NCBI GenBank assembly: GCA_002633005.1
Contig: NMRA01000540.1
Span: 82,119 to 146,118 of the forward strand
Direction: 5' to 3'
DNA from: Phoronis australis
Lineage: Eukaryota; Animalia; Phoronida
Length of the DNA stretch: 64,000 nt
Both the position numbers and the translations under genes were made by a program. The notes under the pieces are model-generated. The model did not search any database, had not been told where the DNA came from, and saw nothing but the letters and a program-made list of their open reading frames with translations. Shown here one piece after another: positions 63,876 through 64,000 of the stretch (the first letter of the stretch is position 1; each line of letters opens with the position of its first letter).

Positions 63876-64000
63876 ATGCTTTGTAAATGTCGCCAAATTC
63901 GCAGCAGTCCACTTCAGGAATGAAAATTTTAAAGTTATGTAATGGCCTTAGAATAATGTCCCAATCTGGCTAACTATGCAATGATATCACAGAGACAGAG

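Overview
Intron-rich, AT-rich animal genomic DNA. It most resembles an invertebrate deuterostome such as a hemichordate or echinoderm (inference). Four protein-coding genes can be rebuilt with phase-consistent GT-AG exons: (1) the 5' part of valyl-tRNA synthetase (minus strand, runs off the left edge); (2) a complete PTGES2/mPGES-2, head-to-head with VARS across a compact bidirectional promoter; (3) the last 25 coding exons (end of Roc, COR, kinase, WD40) of an LRRK2-like ROCO kinase (minus strand, 5' part beyond the right edge); (4) a three-exon secreted C-type lectin nested antisense in an LRRK2 intron. The introns hold TTAA-flanked Kolobok-type elements, MITEs, a foldback element, a LINE remnant, a solo LTR and Helentron-like repeats carrying periodic CTCF-like motifs. 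The most unusual pattern is that at least six tandem duplications or minisatellites are built from the genes' own splice junctions. The extra copies are often weakened at the splice-critical bases. One is a 20-copy array of the lectin's 3' splice site.
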